A stretch of 64,000 nucleotides of DNA from an uncultured delta proteobacterium (GCA_963767925.1 CAVYGB010000002.1:576001-640000), one strand, 5' to 3'. Numbered from the stretch's first letter, positions 23,108 to 32,785 are shown. A program made the numbers and translations. Notes: a model not told the origin generated them from the letters alone.

Positions 23108-23492
23108 GTGCTTTCCTATCGCAGGTGGTCGTTGATGAACTGGCACGTAAAAACAACGCGCCTGATTAGAGAATAGAGACCGTGCCCACGACGCTGTCTA
23201 CCAAAGATTCATGGATTGCCGCTTAAGGCGGGAGTCTGACCGGCCCGACAGCATAAAATAGATCGTAATTACATGGACTTATGACGAGAGCCTGGACGTG
23301 CAAAAAATTGCCGCCTGAGAGGCCCCTGCGCTCTGTCGACCACGAGAAGAGGGCTACTGCCAATAGGTCTGTGCCCATCCGCATACCCGTGCGTCGGCGT
23401 CAAGGGGGCGTGGATAGAGGACTGAATGCCGTCAGCAACGCTTCGCGTCTCGAATAAGCGGGGCCTGAAATTGACCCGACAGGGACGAGTCC

Positions 23493-24764
23493 TCAGGCGG
23501 GCTGGGGCTCTCTACGTCCCAGCGGGCCCCAGAGGTGCCCGGCGGTGGCCACCGCCAGAAAGGGCAGGACCCAGAGCAGGTAGTTCCGGTGCACGATCCC
23601 GCTGCCCAGGAAGAGAAGCACCAGCGTCTGGGACACCAGGGCGGCGATGGCGGCGGGCGTGTGGGGCCGGGGCGAGCGCAGGTGGCGCCAGATCAGGAAT
23701 CCGATCCCCAGGACGGTCGCCGCGCTGACGACCAGTCGGGCGGCGGGCGGCAGGAAGAAGGCTAGGCTGGTGGAGTCGGGGCGCCGTGAAAGCTGGAACA
23801 GGAGGATGCCAGCGATCAGCTCGCGCGGGGAGGTCAGCAGGGAGGGCAGGTAGCAGGCGATCGAGACGGCCCCGGCCACCGCGAGAGCCCGCCACCGGCC
23901 CCGCCAGGTCGACGGTCCCGCCGACGCCGACGGCGCGAGCAGCAGCGGAACCGCCAGCAGCAGACCGGGCAACAGCTTGGCGCCGATGCTCGCTCCGATC
24001 AGGGCCGCTGAGAGGAGGGGGCGATTCCGGCTGCGCGCGGCGAACGCCAGCAGCCCGAGCGCCACCGGGACCGCGTCGTTCACCCCGGCCTGGAAGAGCT
24101 CCTTGTGAACGAATCCGGGAACCAGGACCAGAAGGGCAGCCCCCAGCCCGGCGGTCAGACCGCCCCGGTCGGCGGCCCACAGGCCCGCGCCCGCCGCCAT
24201 CAGCCCGTAGGCCACGACGGTCGTCGCGAAGTACCCGGCCAGGCCCGCCCCGAGGACACCCGGCGCGTAGGCCCAGATCATCATCGGTCCGTACTTGAAG
24301 CCGCCGTAAAAGGCGAAACCCGAGCCGCCGGGATTCTCCCGCGCCCCCAGGCGGTCCATGAAAAGCTCGTAGGGCGAAAGGCCACGCGCCCACAGCTCGA
24401 CCGCCCGGATGGTCGTCTGGCCGATGTCCACCGTCGGCATGCGCGCGTCCAGCACGACCGCGCCCGCCTGCACCAGACGCCAGGCCAGGAGCATCCCCAG
24501 GGCGACGGCCAGCGCCGCCACTAGCCCGGGCAGGGGCCGGGGCTCCCGCTCGCGCAGAGCGGTCACCAGCATCAGCACCCCGCCCAGCATCAGGGCCCGC
24601 TCCACGCCCCGACCCCAGTCCGCCCAGGCCAGGGCGAAAAACCCGACGAAGAAGCCGACCAGCGGCAGCAGCACCCCCAGCGCGAAGGTCCGGGCTTCGC
24701 CGGCAACCGATGTGGCCACCGGCGGCCAGAAGGTTCGCGAGTTGACCGGCGCCCGCGCGCTCAC
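23493..24764 (-). CDS. GT87/DUF2029-like GT-C glycosyltransferase
   Basis: PTVDIG loop Asp, FKYGP, GVNDAVP, GASIGAKLLP and NYLLW motifs; GTGA overlap with the upstream stop. Confidence 0.75.
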   Translation of the reverse strand: MSARAPVNSRTFWPPVATSVAGEARTFALGVLLPLVGFFVGFFALAWADWGRGVERALMLGGVLMLVTALREREPRPLPGLVAALAVALGMLLAWRLVQAGAVVLDARMPTVDIGQTTIRAVELWARGLSPYELFMDRLGARENPGGSGFAFYGGFKYGPMMIWAYAPGVLGAGLAGYFATTVVAYGLMAAGAGLWAADRGGLTAGLGAALLVLVPGFVHKELFQAGVNDAVPVALGLLAFAARSRNRPLLSAALIGASIGAKLLPGLLLAVPLLLAPSASAGPSTWRGRWRALAVAGAVSIACYLPSLLTSPRELIAGILLFQLSRRPDSTSLAFFLPPAARLVVSAATVLGIGFLIWRHLRSPRPHTPAAIAALVSQTLVLLFLGSGIVHRNYLLWVLPFLAVATAGHLWGPLGRREPQPA

Positions 24765-26458
24765 GACCGACCCGTGGCCAGGTCGGTGGACAGAGCCACC
24801 TGACGGTGGCGGGCCCACCAGGCGCGGGCCCACCTGACCCCGAAGTAGAGCGTCAGCAGCATGGTGGGAACGAACACCACCACCGTGCGCAGGTACGAAT
24901 ACCTCAGGGGATAGATGACCAGCCCCAGGGAGGAGAAGAGGACCCCGAGTTGCATGAGCGCCCGGCTACCCGTCAGCGGAACCAGACTCAGGGACCAGGT
25001 CGCGTACCAGGGCCAGAACCACACCGCCAGCAGGCAGACGAAGAACAGGACCCAGGCGGCCGCCGCGACCGCCGCGCTCATCGAGGTCACCGTTGCCGCC
25101 CCCAGCGCCAGCGCCACCAGAGTCGCCGTCTGGCTGATGTCACGTACCACCGTCTTGTCCCGGTAATTTTCCGGTCCCGGCATCACGCCCATGCGGTACC
25201 CTCGGGCGGGGCGGCCATCGCCTGGACCGTGCGGCGCGGAACCGGGGCCAGCATTCCGTCCGGACCCACCAGCGCGCGTTGCACGCCCTTGCGCCGATCG
25301 ACGATCAGCGCTCACCGAGTTCGCCATCATCTTCTGCGGCGGCGACCGGGTGAGCATGGCGAACGAGTCCGGCCCCCCCCAGAAGCGAGCGTAGAGCGCG
25401 ACAGTGGTGAGCGCCACCAGCATGCCGGCTTCCGCCAGCCGCGCCCACCGCCGCCAGTCGGCAGGGGCCTCCCGCGCCACCACGATGAGGTAAAAGAGCA
25501 GCGCCACCAGGGCGGTCCATTTCGTGACCACCGCCAGGGTGAACGCCACCACCGCCACCGGCCAGTGCTTCTGGTACCCCAGCCCGACCCCCAACAGCAT
25601 CAGGAACACCATCATGGCGTCGTTGTGCCCCTGTCCCACGAACTCGATCAGCGCCAGGGGATTGATCAGATAAAAGAGTGTGCCGAAAGCCTGCCTCTCG
25701 GGCGCCACCCGCCCCAGGATCTTCCAGATCAGGCCCGCGCTGCCAAAGTGCAGGGCGGTGGGCAGGAGCTTGAACAGCAGGGTGTAGACGATGATGGTGC
25801 CGCCCAGCCGCTCGGCCAGCCACGTCACCCCCATGCCGACGTAGAACCAGGCCGGCCCATAGACGCTCGGTTCGCGTTTCCAGTGGACCCAGGGCAAGAA
25901 GGAATCAGAGACGTAGCGCGACGGCGCTTCGAGCAGCGAGTTGCCCCCGTGCAGCAGGTCGATGCGCCCATACATGATGTAGCTGTGGATGTGGCCCGAC
26001 AGCAGGTTGGGCAGCACCAGCAGGATCGCGCTCGCCAGCCCGGCCAGCCAGACGACGCTGGGTAGCCGGCGCCGGGAGAGCGCGGGGGTGAGCGAGCCCA
26101 GCAGGATCCCGACGTACCCGAGCACGATCACCATCAGGCTTCCCAGCTGCAAGAGCTGCTCGCCCGTCACGGCGATCCCCGGGGCGGCCTGCAGCAACGC
26201 CCGGGCACCGAACTCCGTGCCGTGTCGCCACTTCGGGTAGTCGAAGAAGCTGTCCAGGATGTGGCCGGGAGCCCAGGCCAGGGTCCTGGACCGCATCACC
26301 AGGAAAAAGAGGAGATGGCCGGTCAGAAAGACCGCCGCCGACACGGCGAAGCCCGGCCGTCCCGAGAGCCATCGGACCATCCGCTCCCTGACCGAAGTTG
26401 AACGGGTCGCTCCGGAAGGACTGTCTGCTGGGCTCAAGAGATCACCTAGGGTTCGCAT
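24761..26458 (-). CDS. second MptA/MptB-like GT-C glycosyltransferase, paralog of 17085..18674
   Basis: Clearly alignable paralog (LAWAPGHI, YGRIDL, WVHWKREPSVYGPAW, GHND, FWPWY). Has SGHIHSY instead of SGDIHSY, and a possibly off-frame patch at ~25200-25310. Confidence 0.8.
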   Translation of the reverse strand: MRTLGDLLSPADSPSGATRSTSVRERMVRWLSGRPGFAVSAAVFLTGHLLFFLVMRSRTLAWAPGHILDSFFDYPKWRHGTEFGARALLQAAPGIAVTGEQLLQLGSLMVIVLGYVGILLGSLTPALSRRRLPSVVWLAGLASAILLVLPNLLSGHIHSYIMYGRIDLLHGGNSLLEAPSRYVSDSFLPWVHWKREPSVYGPAWFYVGMGVTWLAERLGGTIIVYTLLFKLLPTALHFGSAGLIWKILGRVAPERQAFGTLFYLINPLALIEFVGQGHNDAMMVFLMLLGVGLGYQKHWPVAVVAFTLAVVTKWTALVALLFYLIVVAREAPADWRRWARLAEAGMLVALTTVALYARFWGGPDSFAMLTRSPPQKMMANSVSADRRSAQGRATRAGGSGRNAGPGSAPHGPGDGRPARGYRMGVMPGPENYRDKTVVRDISQTATLVALALGAATVTSMSAAVAAAAWVLFFVCLLAVWFWPWYATWSLSLVPLTGSRALMQLGVLFSSLGLVIYPLRYSYLRTVVVFVPTMLLTLYFGVRWARAWWARHRQVALSTDLATGRS

Positions 26459-26600
26459 AAATCAAAAAAGATGCTGCGGGACAAATAATGAGGTCTCTTG
26501 CGACAGGCATGTCCATGGAAAAGGGCGGCCCTTTCGAGCTCGTGCGATCTCCCTCACGCCGCGCGCGGGAGCGGGCGGGTGCCGATACGGATAGAACGCC

Positions 26601-26698
26601 CCGGGGCTCGGGGGGGGCCGGGCCGCGCGAGTTGACATAGACACGATATCGGTCGTCTACGTCCGCACGCGTCATGCAGCTTGATTTTCCTATCATCC
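26601..26698 (+). repeat. 98-bp promoter-like module, copy B
   Basis: Near-identical to 13269..13366. TTGACA at 26632-26637, ATG at 26674. Confidence 0.9.
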
Positions 26699-28394
26699 CA
26701 TCGCCTCCGGGTCGACCAGCTTGGTCCCCAGGGGCGGCATCTGCAGCAGCGGGTGGCGCGTGCGCATGTTCGCCAGGTGCTGAGGGTGGTGACCAAGGCC
26801 TCGATGCAATCTACTCGCGCGTGGTCAACACGCAGGTCCCCCTGCAGGCGTGCCTCGAGACAACATTCCCCTGGTGCCTGTCCTGGCACGATCCCCTGCG
26901 CGCGCTGTTCGCCGCCTATGTGGAGGCCAAGATCGAGCGCCAGGTGCTGGACTACGACGATCTGCTGCTCTACTGGTACCACCTCATGGGCGAGGCAGCC
27001 CTCGCCGCCGAGGTAGGCAGCAGGTTTTCCCACGTGCTCGTCGACGAGTACCAGGACACCAACACGCTGCAGGCGGAGATCCTGGCCCGGCTGCGGCCCG
27101 ATGGCCGCGGCGTCACGGTGGTGGGCGACGACGCCCAGGCCATCTATTCCTTTCGCGCCGCCACCATCCGCAACATCCTCGCCTTCCCCCAGGGGTTCGA
27201 CCCGCCGGCGGCCGTGTACGCGCTCGAGCAGAACTACCGCTCGACCCAGCCCATCCTCGCCGCGGCCAACGCCGTCATCGCCCTCGCCTCCGAGCGCCAC
27301 GCCAAGGAGCTGTTCTCCACCCGCCCCGGCGGACAGCGCCCGCGGCTGGTCACGGTGGCCGACGAGATCGCCGAGGTCGACTACGTCGTCGGGCGCATCC
27401 TCGAGCGGCGCGAGACCGGTGTGCCCCTGCGCCAGCAGGCGGTGCTCTTCCGGGCCGCCCACCACAGCGATCTGCTGGAGGTGGAGCTCGGCCGCCGCAA
27501 CATCCCCTTCGTGAAGTACGGAGGCCTGCGCTTCCTGGAGGCGGCCCACGTCAAGGACATGCTGGCCGTCCTGCGCTGGGCGGAGAACCCCCGCGACGCG
27601 CTGGCCGGCTTCCGCGTGGCCCAGCTCCTGCCCGGCGTCGGCCCCCAGACCGCCGCCCGGCTGTGCGCGGAGCTGGCGGCGGCCAGCGTCGGCACGCGCG
27701 AGGCGCTGGCCGGCTGGAGCCCGCCGCCGGCTGCCCGCGCCGACTGGCCCGCCTTCGTCGATCTGTACGCCCGGCTGTGCGACGTCGCCACCCCCTGGGC
27801 CGGCCAGCTGGGCCTGGTCCGCCGCTGGTACGAGCCGCACCTCGATCGAATCTACGACAACGCCCGCGTGCGGCTGGGCGACCTGGAGCAGCTCGAGCAG
27901 CTGGCCGCCGCCGCGCCCTCGCGGGAGCGCTTCCTGTCGGACCTGGCGCTCGATCCCCCGAGGCCACGGGCGCCGAGGCGGGCCCGCCCCACCTCGACGA
28001 GGATCACCTCGTCCTTTCGACGGTCCACTCGGCCAAGGGGCAGGAGTGGGACTCGGTGTTCGTGCTCCACGTGGCCGACGGCTGCTTCCCCTCCGACCTG
28101 GCGACGGGGAGCCCCGACCAGATCGAGGAGGAGCGGCGGCTGCTCTACGTGGCGATGACCCGGGCCAAGAACCTGCTCGAGCTGGTGCACCCGCTGCGCT
28201 TCTTCATCCGCCAGCAGGCCCGCCGGGGCGACCGCCACGTTTTCACGCCGCGCACGCGCTTCATCCCCGAAGCGATCCTGGACCGCTTCGAGCGCACCTC
28301 CCCGATCCTCGAGCTCCCGAGCAACGACGTGGCGCCGGGGTCGGCCCCGCCGGCCGTGGACGTGGCCGGACGCTTGCGCGCCTCCTGGCGCTGA
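26674..28394 (+). pseudogene. UvrD/Rep helicase 3' portion with chimeric N-terminus; frameshift at C5 run 27955-27959
   Basis: DEYQD, NYRS and AVLFR in one frame; STVHSAKGQEW and EERRLLYVAMTRAK in the next frame. Lacks Walker A. Confidence 0.85.
26809..27298 (+). repeat. 490-bp direct repeat, right copy
   Basis: Matches 12781..13270. Confidence 0.95.
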
Positions 28395-28484
28395 GCGCTG
28401 GTTTCGTCCGGCTGATCCGCCTGACGCCCGGGCGGCGCGCAGCCGATCCCGAACTATCTCGGGGCTCAGCCGCGCGATCGCAGG

Positions 28485-29141
28485 TCAGCGGACCTGGAAA
28501 TGCGAAGGTGGCGCCAGCTGGGTGTGCGGCTCGGTGAGGAAGATCGCCTTGTAGCGACCGGGCGGGAGGGGCCATTGGCGCGAGCCCATCGAGCCGGTGC
28601 CGAAGGTAACCGCGCCATCTCTGGGGCCGACGCCGCCGCCCGGGGGCCGGGTGGCCCATCCCTTGTTGTCGGTGTAGTACCAGAGGAGCGATCGGCTGGC
28701 ATCGCTGGGCGGGGGCGCGCTCTCCTCGTAGATTCCGATCCAGTCCGCTGCCTGGCCCGGACCGTTGACGAAGGACACGACGATGTCCTGTGCGGAGTCA
28801 TAGATGCGCCTATCGAGGGTGAGCGCCGGCGCTGGCGGAACGCCGGGGCCGTCGGGCTCTGCCCCCGAGTCGACGCCCGCGTCGCCCGGACTGGCCCCGG
28901 TGGCTCGGGTGTCGCTCGGCGGGGCCAGCGCGTCGGCTGCCGGGGACGCGTCCGCGATGGCCGGAGCAGACGGTGGCGGCGGCGCCATCGGACCACTGGC
29001 GGGCGAGGTCGGCGCGGCTGGTGGCGCGGGGCCGCCAGTCGGCGCGGTGGAGATCTCCACCCGGAGTCCATCCTCCGAGAGCCCACATCCCGCCAGGATC
29101 AAGAACAACCAGACGCCGGAAACGCGATTGGGGTGCTTCAT
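28485..29141 (-). CDS. lipoprotein with Ig-like domain (DWIGIY motif)
   Basis: Lipobox LAGC, Pro/Ala linker, then DWIGIY...WYY...LPPGRY. Confidence 0.75.
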   Translation of the reverse strand: MKHPNRVSGVWLFLILAGCGLSEDGLRVEISTAPTGGPAPPAAPTSPASGPMAPPPPSAPAIADASPAADALAPPSDTRATGASPGDAGVDSGAEPDGPGVPPAPALTLDRRIYDSAQDIVVSFVNGPGQAADWIGIYEESAPPPSDASRSLLWYYTDNKGWATRPPGGGVGPRDGAVTFGTGSMGSRQWPLPPGRYKAIFLTEPHTQLAPPSHFQVR

Positions 29142-29532
29142 GAATCACACGAAAGAGATGGAGCGGCGTGCCTCTGATTCCCTTGCCCTGGGCCCCTGAA
29201 ACCAGACCACTCTAGGTTCGGCCCAGCAGCGCGCCGTTGACTGTTTCGTGTCGTTTCGACGGCCTTGCCCAACTTTTACGAGGCATGCCGTGGCCGAACC
29301 GCGAGGCGCGGGTGCGCTCGGGCAGTCCGTAGCGCACGCCGGCTCCCGCCATGCGGAGGTGGGTGACGCGGAATGTCCGTATCCGGCTGGCACAGGCGGC
29401 TGCGGTTTCCGCAGCGGCGCGAGCGGTGAGGCGGACCGACGGGCGCGGGATCGGGCCGGTTGCGGCCGATCCGGGAGGCTGGCCCGGCGGCTGCAGTAGC
29501 GGTGGTCGTCCGCTAACGAAAGGAGACCGCCC

Positions 29533-29988
29533 ATGAAGATCATCGCTTTCACCGTATCCACCGCCCTGCTGGCCCTCGGGGCCGCGCCGGCCGACGCCGC
29601 CCGGGGCCGCCGCTACCAGGACCAGCGCGCCGAGTGGACGAACCTCGGTGTCGTGCAGGCCGACGGCCGGGACGACACCATCGACGTGCACCGCCGCGCG
29701 GGACGCATCGACGATCTCAGGATCGAGGCCACCCGGGGCAGCGTCGACATCAGCAGCGTGGTGGTGACGGCGCGGGACGGGCGGCGCTACACCCTGCCCG
29801 TCCACCAGCACCTGCGCGCCGGCAACTCGCACTTCCTCCGCCTGCCGGGCCCGGCCCAGCGGGTGGCCAGCATCGAGCTGAACTACGCGAGCCCCCGTGA
29901 AGCCCCTCGCGGGCGCTGGTGGCGCCGGGTGTTCGCCGGCAACCGCGGCCCCGGCACCCGCGCCGAGCTGGCGGTGCTCGCTCGCTGA
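29533..29988 (+). CDS. secreted beta-rich hypothetical protein
   Basis: AAGGAG RBS, signal peptide ending ADA, WTNLG motif. Confidence 0.75.
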   Translation: MKIIAFTVSTALLALGAAPADAARGRRYQDQRAEWTNLGVVQADGRDDTIDVHRRAGRIDDLRIEATRGSVDISSVVVTARDGRRYTLPVHQHLRAGNSHFLRLPGPAQRVASIELNYASPREAPRGRWWRRVFAGNRGPGTRAELAVLAR

Positions 29989-30099
29989 TCGGACGGCGGA
30001 TCGGCCGGTCGCTGCGCGGCAGGGGACGGGATGAAAACCCACCCTGCCGCGCCGGCGTTTCGTGCCCGGCCCGGCCGGTCCCATCCCGACGTGACCTGC

Positions 30100-31695
30100 T
30101 CAGAAGCCCGCGGCTTCCAGGGCTGGCCAGCGGCGGGCGACGTATTCCAGGAGGCGGTCCTTGCTCTCCTCCGGGTCGGCGCCGGGATCGAGCAGCGGAT
30201 CGCTCACGACCCGGGTGGAGATGGTGGCCCAGAGCGCGTCGACCCGGCGGGTGATGGCCTCGGGTGACAGCACACCCGTGCGCAGCCGCCGCACGGCCGC
30301 CTGGTAGAGCGCGAGGCCCTCGCCGGTGGCGGTCAGCTTCTCGAGGAAGAGGTCGCGGTAGGCGGGGTTCCGCTCCCGGCAGGACTGGTGGGGCTCGGGG
30401 GCGCGGGCGTTGGGAGCGGGCAGGCTCTCGGGCACGAAGGTGTCGTCGTTGCCCAGGATCACGAGCCGCAGCCGGTTCAGGGCCGTGTCGTGGTACAGGC
30501 GGAAGTTGCCGGCGGAGGCCGAGAAGCCGTCGCGGTTGCCGGCCAGCGCGGTGTCGATGGCGAGCTGGTCGATCCATTCCGACAGGGGGATGAGGGGGCC
30601 GACGGCGGCCAGGAACTGCTCGGGGGGCCCGTTCATCACCTGGCAGAGGGCGACGAGCTGCTCGCCCTGGGCGACGCTGTCGTTGAACACGCGATCGAAG
30701 TGGTCGACGATGCGCGCGCACCCGCCCAGCGCGGGGCTGACGAAGCCCTGGCAGCCCGCCGGCTCGAACGAAGGGCCGTCGCCGTTGCCGGTCCGCTCGC
30801 GCACGAAGCCGTCGGTGAAGGCCTCCTCGACGAAATACAGGCCGTGGGGCTGGCCGTTTACGATCAGGTCGGCGTAGGTGGTTCGCGGCGCCAGGAGGTT
30901 CGACTCGCGCATCGCCTGGTACAGCAGGGCCTGGCGCAGGCCCGACACGTCCTGGGCGTTGTTCTTCAGGCGCATGCGCTCGATGCCACGCAGGCTCTGG
31001 CCGGCGACGTACTGGTCGATGTCGATGCTGAGGTTCGGCTTGTTCCGGTTCTCCAGGCGGCTGCCCCAGCCGAAGGTGTGGAACCCCACGTTGCGCAGGG
31101 GCGTGCCATCGATGACGAAGTCGCCGGCGAACCACTTGTCTCCCGGCGGCACGGGAAACGACCGGTGCCGGTTCAGATAGGCCTGCCAGAGGGCCGGATC
31201 GATGGTGACCTCGATCCGGTGGATCACGTCGCTGCGAAAGAAGTCGGCCCGCGCCTGGCCGGGCGCGGGGGCGGGCGCTGCGGGCGGAGGGGGTGCGGGC
31301 GCGGCCGCCGTATCCATGCTGGCCGCGCTGTCGGCAGCGGCGTCCGCCGGGCTGGGCGGCGGTGGTGCGTCGGTTGCCCCCGCATCGGGGGATCCGCCGC
31401 TCGCCGTGTCGGTGCTGCGTGGGGCATCGCGGGGGGCGTCGACGGCCGGGCGGGCGTCAGCCCCACCCGAGGCGGGCGTGCCGGGCGTGCTCGCCTCCGG
31501 CGTGCTCGCGTCGCGCGCGCTCGCGCCAGGTGCGCTGCCCCCGGCCGGGCTCCCCTCCGGCGTCCCCGCGCCCGCCGGCGCGCCACCGGCGCCAGCGTCG
31601 ACCATTCCCATCGGATCGGGCGACTCCGACGCGGGCCGCTCCTGGGCGCCCCCACAGGCTGGAAGCGCCAGGAGCAAGAGCCAATATCGTTTCAT
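30100..31695 (-). CDS. CotH kinase-family lipoprotein
   Basis: Lipobox LPAC; GWGSR...KPNLSIDID, MRLKN, APRTTYA...NGQPHGLY..EE, NRDGF...NFRLY and NDDTF. Confidence 0.85.
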   Translation of the reverse strand: MKRYWLLLLALPACGGAQERPASESPDPMGMVDAGAGGAPAGAGTPEGSPAGGSAPGASARDASTPEASTPGTPASGGADARPAVDAPRDAPRSTDTASGGSPDAGATDAPPPPSPADAAADSAASMDTAAAPAPPPPAAPAPAPGQARADFFRSDVIHRIEVTIDPALWQAYLNRHRSFPVPPGDKWFAGDFVIDGTPLRNVGFHTFGWGSRLENRNKPNLSIDIDQYVAGQSLRGIERMRLKNNAQDVSGLRQALLYQAMRESNLLAPRTTYADLIVNGQPHGLYFVEEAFTDGFVRERTGNGDGPSFEPAGCQGFVSPALGGCARIVDHFDRVFNDSVAQGEQLVALCQVMNGPPEQFLAAVGPLIPLSEWIDQLAIDTALAGNRDGFSASAGNFRLYHDTALNRLRLVILGNDDTFVPESLPAPNARAPEPHQSCRERNPAYRDLFLEKLTATGEGLALYQAAVRRLRTGVLSPEAITRRVDALWATISTRVVSDPLLDPGADPEESKDRLLEYVARRWPALEAAGF

Positions 31696-31869
31696 TCCTG
31701 CGAAGTCTAGCGACCATCCGACACGCCCGCAGCTTTCCTGCAACGTAAGTCCCCACTCCCCCCGACCCTAAGGCCCACCACGCTTCACGACGGCGCAAAT
31801 GGTGTGCCCAGGGAACGAGCCATGCTCTTAGAAGATAGGTCCTCCCTTCGGCTCGCGAGCGGGATTGGC

Positions 31870-32050
31870 CTTTGGTGGTCGCCGGGAAGAGGCCCGCTGC
31901 GCTTCGGAGGGAAAGGTCCCTCCCTGGGGCTCGCCGGGGCTTACAGCGCTTCGCGCTTGCCCCTCTGTCGGCGCTAGCAAGCTCGCGCAGACGCGAGCTG
32001 CACGCCTCCACTCGCCCCAGGAAGGGTCCTTCCCCTCCTGCGCTCCGCTC
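31870..32050 (+). repeat. ~160-180-bp dispersed palindrome-rich repeat, copy 1
   Basis: cgctgcgcttcggagggaaagg...gcgctagcaagctcgcgcagacgcgagctgcacgcctccactcgcc...gcgctccgct. Related copies at 32368 (inverted) and 41872. Confidence 0.8.
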
Positions 32051-32105
32051 CCGCCCGGCTGTCACGACCGCTGACGGGGGGCGGACCGGTCCCGCCCGGC
32101 CCTAT

Positions 32106-32273
32106 CGAACGCTGACGGGGCAGCAGACCGCTCAACCTGTTTCGAACGCTGACTGGCGGACCGCTCAACCCGGCTGTTCCGAACGCTGACTGGCGGACCG
32201 CTCAACCCGGCTGTTTCGAACGCTGACTGGCGGACGCTCAACCCGGCTGTTTCGAACGCTGACGGGGCAGCAG
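32106..32273 (+). repeat. 37-bp tandem repeat (~4.5 copies)
   Basis: Unit cgaacgctgactggcggaccgctcaacccggctgttt starting at 32106, 32143, 32180, 32217 and 32253; no spacers. Confidence 0.9.
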
Positions 32274-32367
32274 GATCGATCGTTGTGAGTGAAGGGTCCG
32301 TCCTTCTCTGCCCTGCCGGGTGTTGTGTCCGATCGCAACCAGCTGGCGTCAGCTACAGCCGCCGGGG

Positions 32368-32700
32368 TAGCGGAGCGGAGGAGGGGAAGGACCCTCCGTG
32401 AGGCGAGTGGAGGCGTGCAGCTCGCGTCTGCGCGAGCTTGCTAGCGCCGACGAACCGGGGCCCCCAAGCCGGTCTGCCGGCTTGGGGTGGTGAGGGCCAG
32501 CGCGAAGCGCGTAAGGCCCGGCGAGCCGAGGGGAGGGACCTTTCCCTCCGAAGCGCAGCGGCAACATCCCCGGCGACCACGAACACCGAGTTTGGCGAGC
32601 CGAAGGAAACACCTTTCCCTCCGGAGCCCAGCGGCGGCGACCTCGGACACCGAGTTCGGCGAGCCGAAGGAAGCACCTTTCCCTCCGAAGCGCAGCGGCA
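32368..32700 (-). repeat. dispersed repeat copy 2 (inverted) with ~70-bp end segment triplicated
   Basis: Reverse complement of 31870..32050; ggcgagccga...cctttccctccgaagcgcagcggc occurs three times. Confidence 0.8.
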
Positions 32701-32785
32701 AGATCCACGCGAGCATCGAACCACTCCTCGAGAGGTGTGCGCTCTCCCGTCGGTGACTGCGAATGGCGGCCTGCCGCGGTGACCG

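Larger units (their letters stand above)
13271..26808. mobile_element. genomic island inserted in helicase gene (insertion-duplication structure, no integrase seen)
   Basis: Bounded by the 490-bp helicase repeats. Much of the cargo is visibly less GC-rich than the flanks. Contains an ISL3. Confidence 0.8.

Noticed and set aside
23141..23160. Sigma-54 promoter from TGGCAC (also at ~29388 and ~12209)
   Set aside because: No GC at the required -12 spacing, and the 23141 site is on the wrong strand for the peptide gene.
32106..32273. 37-bp repeats as a CRISPR array
   Set aside because: Units are head-to-tail with no unique spacers, and no cas genes are present in the window.
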